Part shown: in pieces, positions 1 to 12,816 of the stretch
How the letters are laid out: each line of letters opens with the position of its first letter
Numbering within the stretch: position 1 is the stretch's first letter
Source of the DNA: Tubiluchus corallicola
Taxonomy: Eukaryota; Animalia; Priapulida
Reading direction: 5' to 3'
Assembly: GCA_030141605.1 (NCBI GenBank)
Contig: JAQGDQ010000015.1
Coordinates: 496,001 to 560,000 of the forward strand
Length of the DNA stretch: 64,000 nt
Translations under genes and position numbers: made by a program
Notes under the pieces: generated by a model
Seen by the model: the letters and a program-made list of their open reading frames with translations, nothing else
What the model was told of the DNA's origin: nothing
Databases searched by the model: none

Positions 1-1738
1 GTTGGCAGTTTCATTTTCCGTATGGATTCGGGCTTTTGTGGAGAATGTATATACCAATCTTGGGCAACTCTGCCTGTTTACTGGCCCATCTTAAAGAGAT
101 ATCTTTGATAACGAGCCAGACTAGTCTTGTCACAAACTAGTAGTAGGCCCTGCCATTGAATACTGAATCTTGCAGTGTGCACAACTGCAAAAAATGAGAT
201 AGCAATTCATTTTAAATGCAGCAAAATTGAAGCCAAAATTGTAGTTGTTATTTATTTTGCTGTTGAATCTTTGAGACTACTTTCCACTATAATTATATTT
301 ATATGCAGAAGGGGCACCAGAGTATGAAATCTTTCTTTTCAAACCATTCAGTGCATTGTGTACTATCGCTAACACTGTTCGTATACTTATGTCACCCAAA
401 ATCTACAGAAATTATTCAAATTAGTGTTAAACTTAAAGTAATAATAATAAACACCATATAGTCTATAGTAGTTTTAGTCTCTTTGGATAACAGTACTGGC
501 CCTTGCTGCAACCAGATTCACACATGAATTTGAAAAAGATGACAAGAACTCTACTTCTTCGTGTTATTTATTTCTTCAACGAGTTAATATACACAGCATG
601 CAGTTGGTGTAAATCTTTCTGCAATTCTGTTACATGGAATCGCATTGCATTCTGGGTAATTTGTCTAAGCGCCGTGTAAGCCCCTGATTTACGGTGCGGA
701 TTTGGTTGCTGTGACATTAGCAATACTTCTTCGTCACACTCACGTTTTATAGGTGGGTGGCAGGGATGCTTAAGACCCGTTATGGCTATTTGATGACGCT
801 TCGCTCTGATCTACGGATTTATCTGATGTGCATCCGACAAAACCGACGCGCCAACAAACAAAAAATTGTCTAACCCGAGTAACTTCGTCATTTAAAATAC
901 CATTTGCAGCCATTTCTGCTGTCTTCTGTGTTTACTATCTAATAAGGTTTAGAATTGCGCAGTAAAATAACTTATTAATGTAACTGGAGTAAGCAATTCT
1001 CAGAAATTTATCAAACGAAATCCATACTTGCACTTTGTTGTCATTATTTTAAAAAATGAATGAAAACTTTTTTAGTTCAGTATATACTTTTCCCGAATGG
1101 AGACAGGCTTTATTTAATGGTCGTACTTCAACTCCACGCAAAAGTAAACAAACGAAAAGTATGGGCCTTTCGCCTTTGATTTGGTGCACTCTTAGCATGT
1201 GACAATTAAACCTTAATTGCGCTTATAAGATTACTGGATGAAAGCATATAATACGGTTTTCTTAATACACTAGAAAGCCTGAAACAGTTTGGAACTCAGA
1301 TCATCTATGAGCCAGGTGGCCATGCTGACTGCATTTTAGAGAAACCAAATCTATAATCATGAAATACAGGCTCGGTTTAGTGATTCCACAGCATTTACAA
1401 CTGCTTAGTCGAATGTTACTTCGAAACCAAACCGAGTGTGATGTAAACATTCTGCAGGCCTCATTTCTCTACTTCCTGTAAATTTGCTTGGTCCTAATTT
1501 GTGTTTGAAAGGGAGCGGACAAAAAATTTTCCTAAAAATAAATCGCAACATAAAAAAAAAACTCAGACTGGTTAATGCATCGTGAATTATCGTTTCATCT
1601 GGCGGACACCGGGGATCTTCGGGTGTTACAGAAATCCTGAACACGCCCATTGTATTAGCCCGCTGAGACGCAGTTTTCAATACACAAGTAGTGATCATTG
1701 ATGGAAGATCCTACACGAGAAGTCCATTTGCACCCAAT

Positions 1739-1975
1739 GAGTGCCACCCTCACCAGAATGAAATTAAACCTTTGTTGTCTACTGCTTGACAATGTTTATA
1801 AGCTCAGTGGCGGATCCAATGTGCAAAATGTGTGCCACCCTCAACAGAATGAGAAACTTCTGTTGCTTGCAGCTTGACAATATTTATAAGTTACGAGGCG
1901 GATACACTACTGGAAAGTGCGGAGTTCTTACCAGAATGAAAACAATCTCCTTTGTATCCTAGGGGCGGATCCAGT
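1739..1975. repeat. Degenerate ~90-bp tandem repeat, about 2.5 copies
   Basis: GTGCCACCCTCA(C/A)CAGAATGA...GCTTGACAAT(G/A)TTTATAAG...GGCGGAT occurs near 1741 and 1831; a third partial copy (CCAGAATGAAA...GGGGCGGATCCA) lies near 1931-1973. Confidence 0.75.
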
Positions 1976-2499
1976 AACGCGATAACTTGCATCCATTGGT
2001 CCCAATCACTGCGTCTTTGCTATAACGTGACTTGACCAGATGGCCACAACTTCACAAAAGAACTAGTGAATGGAATAATGAATTTTTTTACTGCTTCATT
2101 ATTGACGAATTTGTTTTGGACTTAGTAGTTTGTTTTATTAAGCAGAGGAATTGGAAAACGACACTCTACCAGTTTTGCTCTCTAGTCACCAACTGCTTAA
2201 AGACAGACAGCCTTCTAATCATCTCTACCGCAAATGAAACTTAGATTTGACGCAGGGGTGGAGATCGAGGAATCCTTTTAATTACTTGACCATCCGATGC
2301 GCGCTGTCAGATCGATTTCTAATGTGATCATTAAATGTTTGCGGACAAACTGTCACCACCCACGTGTACACACTCAGAGACTTATTGTCATTAATTATTT
2401 ACGACGTGACTAATAGAAGCATGAAGCAGTATGGGCCTGACTAAGTCTGACTGACTATGCAATGGTTGTGATATTGGAGTGTCCCCTTTTGTCCACAAG

Positions 2500-2710
2500 A
2501 CCATAAGCCCTCTTCACTCTCTCATCCCCCCTCTTCCTAACTCATTCTCTTTTCTCCTCTCTCTCACTGGATCTATGTTTCTTTTTCCCTCTTTATCTCT
2601 TGTGGGTCACTTCTCCCTCTCCTCTCTCTTTCTCCTTCCTTTCCTCTTTCTCCCCTACCTCGTTTCATTCTTTAGCCCCTTTCTCTTCCCCTCTCCCTCT
2701 TTTACACACT
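2500..2710. repeat. Pyrimidine-rich low-complexity tract
   Basis: Mostly C/T sequence; accounts for the spurious S/F/L/P-rich ORFs here. Confidence 0.8.
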
Positions 2711-5040
2711 CACTATCGTGTTCGAACTTTATCAGTCTTCAAAATCCGTTTCCTTCCCTTCGGTTCACCCCCCCCTCATTATTTTTCTTCAGCTGCCAAC
2801 TGAACAATGCCTTTGCTTCTTTCGGCGACCTTTTTGCATGTATTCAGCAGTTTCTATGAAACCCGGGACAGCGTTAAAACGCGATTACGTTGCACCAGTA
2901 ACTCAATTACTCGTCCCACAAACAGTGAAATTACTAAATCGCCAAACGCAATTTGTAGTAAACAATGAGGAAAACTCAGCGGCGGCCTGCAGCATTAGTA
3001 GTTGTGAGTAACTGCTTCTAATCCTCTTACCCCATTATATGTTACAAAGGATAGCTGGAAACCAAAAATTCCAACGCCTATTTGAAGGGCGAGGGCAACG
3101 TTTTAAAAGAGGGCAGGGATAACGTAAATTCACCGTTGCCGTTGCCTGCGTTTCTTTAATTTCTGCCCCAAATCTTACTAAATTATGTATGTTTTGATAC
3201 GCAACAATGATACGTTATCAATATTAAGAGTTAATTTGATGATATTAAAAACATATTTCGCAAAATTTCTCTTCTTTCTCGCCATCTATGCATGAATTGT
3301 GAAAACAATACAAAACAATATTACTTAAATTCTTTCACCATACACATTCCACTACTATAAGCGTTCATTCTGTTTGCCAATTCTAGTCAGAAAAACGCGT
3401 TTAATCCTTCTCAAGGTAGAATCAATTGGATTTGCAGTGTCATGCATACGGAATCCTCCTAAGGGAGTAGTTGTTATGAACAAACGGCAAGGAAACTGGA
3501 CGAAGCCATGTCGACGACTAGGGTCGCTCGCGTCACCCTTTCTTATTCTAGCAGCAAATAGTAATCAAAAAAGTGCTCTCAAAATTAATGCAGTAATAAC
3601 TTGGTGAAAGCTGGCTTTCCTTTAAAATGCTCAAACACACGATTGTCTATTGGCTGACAAATTTTCATCAATGGTATTCCACACGCCCCCCCCCCTCCCG
3701 CTCCTTACTTTCTTCTCACTCTCCATAGTGATATATCAACGCGACTTGTGTGAGAGATGCGGCCTTTCATAATGTCAGAATCTTGCACACATCAACAAGA
3801 CAAGACGATACAACTCCCTGCCGCAAATTCTGATATTATCGGCGCATGAGAGGTCGGTAAATCGGACGTCCTAGTCCGGTAATAGCGGGATTTGATTTTC
3901 AGTCATTAAATCGAGTGATTTTGTTTTTTTTTTCACTTTTTTACCTTCATTAACTGAGCGTTTTACAGTTTGTCTTAAAAGACAACAGTCAATTCTTCTG
4001 ATCGTCAGCCGAGAAATGTCTTAACACAGTCGACGTTCAAATTAAAAATTGGGTTAAAATTAAAAAGTATCAGCAAATAAGTGGGGAACGATTTGCGTTC
4101 ATAAAATTCGCACAGAAAATTTGTCAGAAAAATTCTTATTGACCAGAAGATTAGCATTAGTTTATCTCATAATAATTTTTAAAGTGTTTGCAACCTACAA
4201 TTTAAACTCTGTTTAGAAGAGAGTACTTCTTCACAGTAGTAACTGTACGTCAGGCGATTCTAATACTTAAAACTGTCCGTGAAATTGCCAACTCAACAGT
4301 TAACATTTAATAAGAAAAAACTTCGAATAATATTTTGTATAAAAAATTTACTATTGTAATTATAGTAATATACAATTAACATGTTTATTGAGCTTTGATC
4401 ATTTCGGCTATTGAAACCATTGTCACACTATAAACCAAGCTAAAACGAAGAATAAATAACACATTAATGACACGAAGGCACAAACATGTTGATTCTTAGA
4501 AGATGGCGCATTCGTGTATTTAATATACAATTGTTTCAACAACGACAATTGTGAAACTAATAATCGTCATTATTTTCATCTTGGAACTAATAACGCCCTG
4601 TTCACTTAAAAGAGGTCATTCACACGAGAACTGACCCCATTCACTGTCCCGATACAAACTTTGCAAATGGTCATTCACAGCTCTTTTGAGTCACACTTGT
4701 TATAATAATTTTCTTCCTCCAAGCTTTCTGTCCCTGTATTAATCGCGGACCAGCGTATAGATTGATTGCTACAGCTGTTTCAACAAATATCTCGTGCTGT
4801 TTGATTAGACTGAAAGAAGAGCTAATTTAGTCTCCTACAAAGTGCATTTGTTCAGCTCTTACTTGGTCACACTCTGCAGAGGGGATGGGTAATAAGCCCA
4901 CGATTTTAATGAAGCATCAAGGCAATTAGGCCGTCACACTGTGCTGGCTACGGAGGCAACGAGGTAATAACCAGTGATTTGTCCTACCTTTACTTAGCCT
5001 TGGTAGGCCATAAACCAGAAGCTAGCAAATTTTTAATTAT

Positions 5041-5164
5041 CGATTTCTTTTACCGTTTATCGATATCAGTTGTTATGAATTACGCATCAAATGCAAATGA
5101 TGTTAGTTTAAACGCATCGGAACTTCTCAGCCCTTAGTCACAAAAGGACGTACTATTTTTGAAT
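5041..5164 (+). repeat. ~125-bp direct repeat, copy 1 (copy 2 at 5941-6064)
   Basis: CGATTTCTT..CGATATCA.TTGTTAT.AATTACGCATCAAATG.AAATG...GAACTTCTCAGC..AGTCACAAAA.GA.GTA.TATTTTTGAAT is found twice, 900 bp apart. Confidence 0.85.
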
Positions 5165-5940
5165 GCACAATTGAACAATTATTACGAACTATCAACTGAA
5201 TTGGAAAACTCGGTTATCAAAATTAATTAAGTAATTTATATTAATAATTATGATCTATTAATTAAGATATTTATGACTCGATCTGAGCAGAGAGGTTGTC
5301 TATGAAACTGTTACTTGACATTATTGCCTAGACGAGTTATTTTGGTGACGGTCAATGGACCACCAGGCAAAGGAACGCAGGTCAGTTGACCGCCAGTCAA
5401 AGAACCAGCTTCAACACTTAAAAAAGTGGTCAGAAGACCTCCAGTGTGTGTGTGCTGATAGCAGCTTAACCGAAATTGCAATTTTTATTGTATGTAATCT
5501 TTTAATAAAGTGTGACTGACAGATAATTGCTAAGAAATTCACAAGACTAACAGACAAAAATAATTAGATGATTCTAGTAGGCTTAACGATAGAGTTTTTT
5601 TGGAAAAGTTTTTGATATGAAAACGTTGTTTTGCAACAAATGATGTTCGCTTAACTGTGGTTGCTGGTTTTTCATAGCTTTGATATTTTCGTGATTCGCA
5701 TGTTGCTGCGCGCGTTTCCGGAATTCTAAAAAAAGACAATCACAAGTCATTTGTCGTCATTAGGAAATGTTTGCCAATCGTTGCATGGAATGCAGGAATC
5801 GTGTTACTCTTACCTGATCTTAATTAGTGACTCTTAGTGACAGATTCCGAAAGCATGCAGTCACTAAAAATCACATCATTGCAATTAATTCTTCATTGAA
5901 GTGTGCCATTTTTATAAAAACAAACATGCCTGTGCACTAC

Positions 5941-6064
5941 CGATTTCTTCTACTGATTAGCGATATCACTTGTTATAAATTACGCATCAAATGTAAATGT
6001 TATTAGCTTAAACACATCCGAACTTCTCAGCGCCAAGTCACAAAAAGATGTATTATTTTTGAAT
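5941..6064 (+). repeat. ~125-bp direct repeat, copy 2
   Basis: Aligns colinearly with 5041-5164, with scattered substitutions. Confidence 0.85.
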
Positions 6065-7369
6065 TTGTATTTCCCAGCTAAATGTCTAGTGAAGTGAAGC
6101 ACTATAGACAGAAATATCTCATTAAAACAAGATGGTACGGTTAGCCGGTAGCCATTGTCAGTGGTAACCCCACATCTGTACATGTAAATTACTATATCCA
6201 AACTGATTTGTTAAAGCTACTGAAGTTAAACTTCACTTTTTTGTATTTTATCTTTTGCTATTTTAAAAAAAATTAAAGATTTTTTAATTTTCTTTTTAAT
6301 TTCTTTTAATTTGTGGCACCACCAGAGACTTCTTTGGTCGTTTATTAGTGTAGAAAATGTGAGTAAATTTTAAGTTTAAAGTTACACAGCTTTTGTTTTT
6401 CCCGTTACTTCTATGATTACGAACATGTATACAGTCTTTCCAATGCGCCTAACATTGTTTTTTCTGTAGAGGCTTAACTTCGCCCGGCTAATTACGGTGG
6501 TCACTATTCGGGTTTTTAGCTGCTTTTACCCAGGGGTAAGCTGTGGCTGTAAGATAAGGTGCCATCTATCACGCTTTGCTTTCTAGAAGTTTAACTTGTC
6601 AACTCTGACCATCAGCAGAAAACATCAGAGAGTTTTTCGCCACATTACGTTGGAAATTACTGTTACAAATGCGACCTGCAAAGTAGCAAAGTCGCCCGAA
6701 CAAACTGCTGATTTCCTTCGTGAACACTACTGCAAAAAGCCGCCCATGAACAAATTAGTGTATAGTGAGTTCTTGACCCGTTCGTTTAAATTCTCAGGCA
6801 GTACTCTTACTTTTTCCCGCTTCTGACCGCTCGACTTACCAACCTACTCATTTGCCTAGCCTGGATGAAAGTCTAAAGCATAATCGCGCGAAAGTGATTA
6901 TTATAAGCGTTGAATAAATGCTCGCTAATTCGTATCACAGGTAAAACTTTTCCGGTTTATATATATATATATACATTCAGCACTCTCCAAGTGGGTGTAC
7001 AAACTCGAAACGACGCAAGGCCCTCTTTTTGTGTTGAAAGTTGTAGCGACCTAGAATCAATATCTTTTATCTAGAATAATTCTTTCAGATTAGATACTGA
7101 AATGGCAGAGTGTCTTGGCAGCCTTTGGATGCAAAAACATTCTCTCAACGAAATAAAATAGCTGGCGGCAGTATGGTAGACAAGATAATATATGAATGAA
7201 AAAATTACTTTTCGCACAAATGATACAATTTAAATCAAATATAGATTAAGCATGACGTGCATTAAATGCGAAGTGTACACTATAGAGCTCCATACAAGTG
7301 CGGGGGTAATAAAATGGCTTTGGCATTCTTGAGAGATGTAGTTGGCTGTTATGTCAGATTCAGATATAG

Positions 7370-7590
7370 TAATAATTTCGTTTAGGACATAGTCCAGGGA
7401 TAACGCCTTAAATAATTCAATACTGATTTCCAAGGTGGTCCCAATTATTAATGCTCGTATGTTTTTCGATAAACCCGCATGCTTGGTTGAAAAACTAGCG
7501 GTAACATTTTTAAAATCTTTGGTATGACCCGGTCGGACGTTGAGCCCGCGACCTCCCAGGTGAGAGGTCCGTTGAGCTATACCCATGGTT
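7370..7590 (-). mobile_element. tRNA-derived SINE remnant (Meta-SINE-like central domain)
   Basis: Minus strand reads TAGCTCAACGG (A-box-like), then a decayed B box GGGCTCAACGTCC, then GGGTCATACCAAAGATTTTAAAAATGTTACC (resembles a conserved SINE central domain, from memory), then a LINE-like tail GGGACCACCTTGGAAATCAG. Confidence 0.55.
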
Positions 7591-9594
7591 TAGACGAAAA
7601 TTAACTATTACGATACAACCAAAAATGAACTGCTAATACGTTGACCTAAGGGAACGGAATATGGGGGCATTGTCCAATAAAGGCTATTTTCGAGAGAGGT
7701 CTCGTAAAATCCTCAACAAGAAAAGTAACTCAGAAGTAAAGCAAGAAAATCTCAATTGTCTGTAGGTGTTCTGTGTCTTACTCGTTCAATCAGAATTTAA
7801 GCCAACAGTGCAATGGCACGATTAAGTGCTTGACATAGTTGATGACGGATGATGTCACTATAATTGGTTAGCCTCCAATGCCCACTAGTTTTATTTTAAA
7901 ATACACACATGTTACATGTAGTATCCCAGTACGCATAGTCAACATTGAGATATAGCAGCAAATTATTACTGTGTCAACGAAAAGTGACTTTTCTAACTTG
8001 CTCGTGCTGTCGCCATCTGAGCAGTAGACACTGATCAGTAGGACCCGTGATATGTAAATATGAGAGAAAAACCAAATTCGCTTAAATTTCCCTTTTTATT
8101 TTAAATTTGTGCATACGAAAACTAGCAACATTAAAAAGGAATAGGTCTATACACATCTATAAGCAAGAGAGACGACGGATATTGATAAAGTCGAATTTAT
8201 TGCAGTTGACAGTTTGAATACAGATGAAGCCAACAGGAAAACATGTCTAATCAGTAGGCTTCTTGATGCTGTCATGCCTAGCGCGGTCAGTAATTAGTCA
8301 GGGTGGGCACTGTGGGTTGTCCATCTCAGCTCTGTGGTCGTCGTATCCATGACCAGTGATCTTGAACTACTGTAAATCAAAATGTTACATGACAGCACGT
8401 GTGCGTAACTTATATAAAATAATTATTTCCTAAAAAATAGTTTGCAACATTGATAGTAATATAAACAACAATATTGCGCATTTCATACACAACAAGAATG
8501 GATGTGCCATTAAAATCAACTACTGCGTGGGCAGAAATTAATGCCGCTCGGGTGCTTGATGCTGTTCACTGGAATAAGTCTAATATTAGCTTCTGCTATG
8601 ATGGGACACTTTGATAACCATTCTTTTCATGTGTCTTAGTTGAACAACAATAAAAAATAACAAGCTTAGTAATGTATTAATAATAAAACACTATACAGCA
8701 TATTATTGTAGAAGGAGAGAGTGTGTGTAAGAGAGGCGTGAGAGAAAATGTTGGAGAGAAGAGGGACGGCGAAAAAGAGAGGAGGAGAGAGAGACAGAAT
8801 CAAAGAAGGAAGGAAGAAATGAAAGAATAGAAGCAATTCATATTATTTATGTAAGTATTGTTTCTAAAGCTTATTCGCTTATTAATCTCATAGCCAATTA
8901 CCTTGACCGGTCCTGCCACAATTATCAAAATAATAATGGCTATTAAATCAGGCAACGATCAGGTCATATCTGTTGGTTCTGTAACTCTGGTAAACCTGAT
9001 TCAGTCCTATTGTACGGCTTTGGACGGCTTGTATGAGTCAATCAATGCAAAAAAATGTCATTCTTAAAATTTAAGAAACTTACAAAAAAGTTCTGAATTT
9101 TAATGGAAGTATAAAGTGTATGATAATTCTTACGGTAACTGCTATTATATTCAGCTATTGTAAACCTTCAAGTCTCATGCATTGCTTAACTTTTCGATGA
9201 GTATGTAATTATATAATGTTTCCTGTAGATAGCGAGTTCAAATTAAAAATTAATGATGATTTGTTAATTTTCCCTCCTGTAACTTTTAGATGTTCAGTTA
9301 AACGTATGGTTTATCTTTCCGTCTTACTGGCCTCAAATAATTACATGTCACAGCAGTACCCCCAAAGACTTTTAGCCACATCAGGGACAGCAGATTAGCT
9401 AAAATAAACCAGATAAACCATTTGGAAAATTGCCTAGCCAATCAAATTGTTCTTGAAAAGGATTGACATGGAGCGAGACATAGGGGGACGACGGAACAGA
9501 TGATTTTCTATCAATCCATCATCCAGTGACAACAATTCTCTGAAGAACAAAGACATTGTACAGCATTTCTTGATTGTGTTTCATTAGTGACAAC

Positions 9595-9651
9595 TCTATA
9601 GAAGCTTATGAGACCTAGAAAGTACGAAACTTTCGTAGAACACTGTGGAAG
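9595..9651 (-). mobile_element. Possible Ty3/Gypsy pol remnant
   Basis: LPQCSTKVSYFLGLISFYR resembles the P-x3-K-x-V-x-SFLGL-x-x-(Y/F)YR motif of the RT thumb/connection; only one motif seen. Confidence 0.3.
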
Positions 9652-10349
9652 ATCTGATTTGAAATGGATTACATTAGGCCTATCATCAGCATAATCTGTA
9701 GGTCTTCGTAATACTTTCAATCTAATCAAATAGTCGCCGAAAAAAATCTATCGTTCTGTCAGATAACCAAACGGTTGTGTATCAATCAACTATGTACATA
9801 TAATCAGTTAAGCAGGCTGTTACTCAATCAATCATTATATGGATGATCGACAATTCATCTAAGTTATATTGCGATAGTGAAACTAAATTTGTTAAAAACA
9901 AAACAGATTCCATTCATGAAAAAAATTGTATAAAGCTTCGCCCGAGTTCATGAAAGCCGCTAACAAATATAATGACATACAACCAGACTTTTAAAAATGC
10001 TTGAAAGTGTATATAAGTTGTGCCTATAGTTGGTCCAGGGACACAGATATATGTCTGTATGTTTCATTCAGTAAATAAGATTGGCAGATAAGTGACAGCA
10101 GAAAGAAAAATACACTATCATTATAAATACTGTTATTTTGGATTTTGCAATTGGTATTGTAATAATTTATGCCTTTTGCCACTTTGTTATTGTGCTTTTT
10201 GTATCTTTTTATCTTGTGGTGTTATTTACTGTGGACTCTGCAGTTTTTCAAAGATTGTGCTCTTTGGAGTTCGCTAAGAACTACAGGATTTTCTGTGGTT
10301 TTCAATGAAAGTGTTTATATTACACAATAAAAAAAAACTAGCATTTTTT

Positions 10350-10430
10350 ATCGTTTGTGCTTTTTCTTTTCCGCCTGAAGATAGTCCAAACTAGTGAATT
10401 GAAACGTCGTGCTTTTTCTTTTTCGTTTAT
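10350..10430 (+). mobile_element. Probable Penelope-like element terminus with a degenerate minimal hammerhead ribozyme
   Basis: CTGAAGA-TAGTCCAAACTAGTGAATT-GAAACGTC at about 10375-10408, flanked by the direct repeat GTGCTTTTTCTTTT; stem II is imperfect. Confidence 0.4.
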
Positions 10431-11254
10431 TGTGAACTTAGTTTGGGAATCCGCGCTCAGTTGCATTTATTCTTTTCATTAAGAATTATAGATTTCCGTT
10501 TCCTATATTATTGTTCCTTTCACTAAAATTCGAGATCGACATTTGTTGTCACAACTGATAGGACTAGAGCTTTAGTTATTAACATTGCACCCATTAGCTA
10601 TGTAGGCCTAACTATTTTGCCAGCTATCAGCTAGGTAACACATATGAACAAAGGTATTAGCAACAACAGCTTGACATTACAAGATTAGATAAATTCAGCG
10701 AACGACATCTGAATATGCCGATAATGTCAACTACAGTTGACACTCGGCAAACAAAATCTCGCTCAAACAACAGTCGAACTGAGTGAAATAATTGTCATAG
10801 TGAAGGAAGATACAGCTGACATCACACGTCATCCTCACTGACGAGTTGCAATCACAAATACAGCAATTTGCATGTCAGTCAGGTAATAACAGGGCGTAAT
10901 TACAGCAGTGAGCAGAATGAACTTACGACGTTAAAAAACTTAATTATGAACTTAGACTGTTGCAAAACAAAATTATTCAACTGAATTTAACTTGAATATG
11001 CGATAGCCAATAGCTGCGCCGTCTTTCTAATTGTTAACTTGAAAGCAATCTCTTGGCTTCCGTAGCTTCACAGTTAAAGCATGTGTTAATGCTGATCACG
11101 TACGCAGACAAGACTTTAACTGTGCAAGGTTTAATGACGTTTGGGAACACTACGTGGGATGTGCGAGCATAATTACTGAAGAGTGACAGGTGTGTAGAAA
11201 GATAGATAAACTGAATGTTTGGAGAGTGTGATAGAATAATAGATATGTATTAAT

Positions 11255-11510
11255 TATAATCCGACAGCAGCCCGAGCAAGAGTATGGCATTTAGTCGCAT
11301 CTGCGTATCTGTCCGTACGCGCCCAATAAATTGAAAACACAATCAAAATTACATTCAAAGGGGGCGGTCGATACAGGAAGTGAAACGCAATACTTTTTAG
11401 CTCAAAAGGTCAAAGTCAAGACACCAGATAAAAATGTCAAAGTAAATTTTGGTCCATAGTGATTTTGTGCGAGGATGTTGGCTGCATCCTCTGTTGAGTG
11501 TCGTCTCGTT
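11255..11510 (+). mobile_element. Decayed non-autonomous Helentron/DINE-1-like element
   Basis: Decayed (TCTG/TCCG) microsatellite near the 5' end, internal AAAAGGTCAAAGTCAAG motif, and 3' CTCTGTTGAGTGTCGTCTCGTT resembling the hairpin plus CTAGTT end. Confidence 0.45.
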
Positions 11511-11519
11511 CTTTGGTCA

Positions 11520-12637
11520 TCAGGCTTTGCAAATTAATCCAAGACTTTTGTTACTACATTCTCTAATTAGACAAAAATAATTGCTGTCTGCTTACTAAGC
11601 AGAGGTTTAATAAACCACATTGTTGCATTCCTAAAAGCTAAGCAGCATATCAACCAGGTAAGAGGCACAGCGGAACTCGTTCTTGCTGTAAACTCTTTGC
11701 TGAAAATGCTATCTCCATCACTGATTTCTCTATCTATATCTCTTTGCTTGATAGGTCTAAAGCATTTGATACAGTGAAGAGGAAATTATTACTAAGACAT
11801 TTAGCTGATGTACTGGACAAAGACGAATTGCACATGACTAGTATACTACTACATTCAAGTAAGATGTGATGGTATCCTCAGCTCAGAATTGTTACTCATC
11901 TGCTGCTGTTCCACAGGGCGATTGTTTGAGCCCTGCTCTCTTCATATTCTACTTCGCAAGAACCTTGAATGAAAGAAATTACATGGCATCTATACAGTTT
12001 GTAGATCATATGTACGCAATCTAGATCCAGCCGACCGACTACTCAGCAAGAGCATAATTATGCAATATTTGGATCTCCTTCGAGTCTTTTACTTATGCAA
12101 TATGCTGACATTGTTGAATGGTTAGCAACTAGCATTGGTGAAATAGAGGCCATGAAAGAAAATGCAGCCTGAAGGTAAATGAACAGAACAATACACAATA
12201 CAATGTGGTGGGGATACGTCTTACAAGAATTGCATATACTTTGGCAGTTTATTAGACACTGAAACTGACATACCACGCGGAAAAATATTAGTCTTGGCTC
12301 AGTTGGCTGCAAGTTCTGAGCTTACAAGCTTCTTCGAAAATCTCAATCTCCCCGCAGAAACTATGCTGCATATTTCGTCATCACTTGTAGAATCTGTATT
12401 CTTGTATAATTCTGAATTGTGGACAGTTAAAGTTGCCGAGAAAAATTAAATCCACGCCTTCTAAAGGTCTGTATTAGAAAGATGTTAGATATAAAATGGC
12501 CAAAGAAAATTTCAAATAATATATATAAGCTAACAAACGAAAAAGAATGAGGTAAGGTTATACAGATGCGTAGACTTAGGTGGATTTGACACGCCATTAG
12601 ATTACCACAGGATTTTTCATTTACTACAGCGTTATAT
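11520..12637 (+). mobile_element. RTE/RTEX-type LINE reverse transcriptase, decayed, 5' part (interrupted by a nested LINE)
   Basis: Motifs read across stops and frameshifts: AAYQPG..GT, LLDRSKAFDTV, VPQGDCLSPALFIFY, MQYAD, FLYNSELWT, KWPKKISN, RRLRWI*HAIRLPQ. Confidence 0.85.
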
Positions 12638-12816
12638 GCATGTTGTCAGTTGTCAGTTGTCGGGTGCACATCGTTTGTCTCGTGCTACGGTTGCTAATTA
12701 TACCAGTTAGCGTCGAATAGGCTGTGATTAGGCCGTGAGGCCAAGGCTGTACAAATTTACTTATAGTTAAAAGATATTACGTCGAACAAGGTATATATGT
12801 TAAAAGATATACATGA

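Noticed and set aside
7520-7590. tRNA gene
   Set aside because: Only decayed A/B boxes and no cloverleaf; continues into SINE body sequence.
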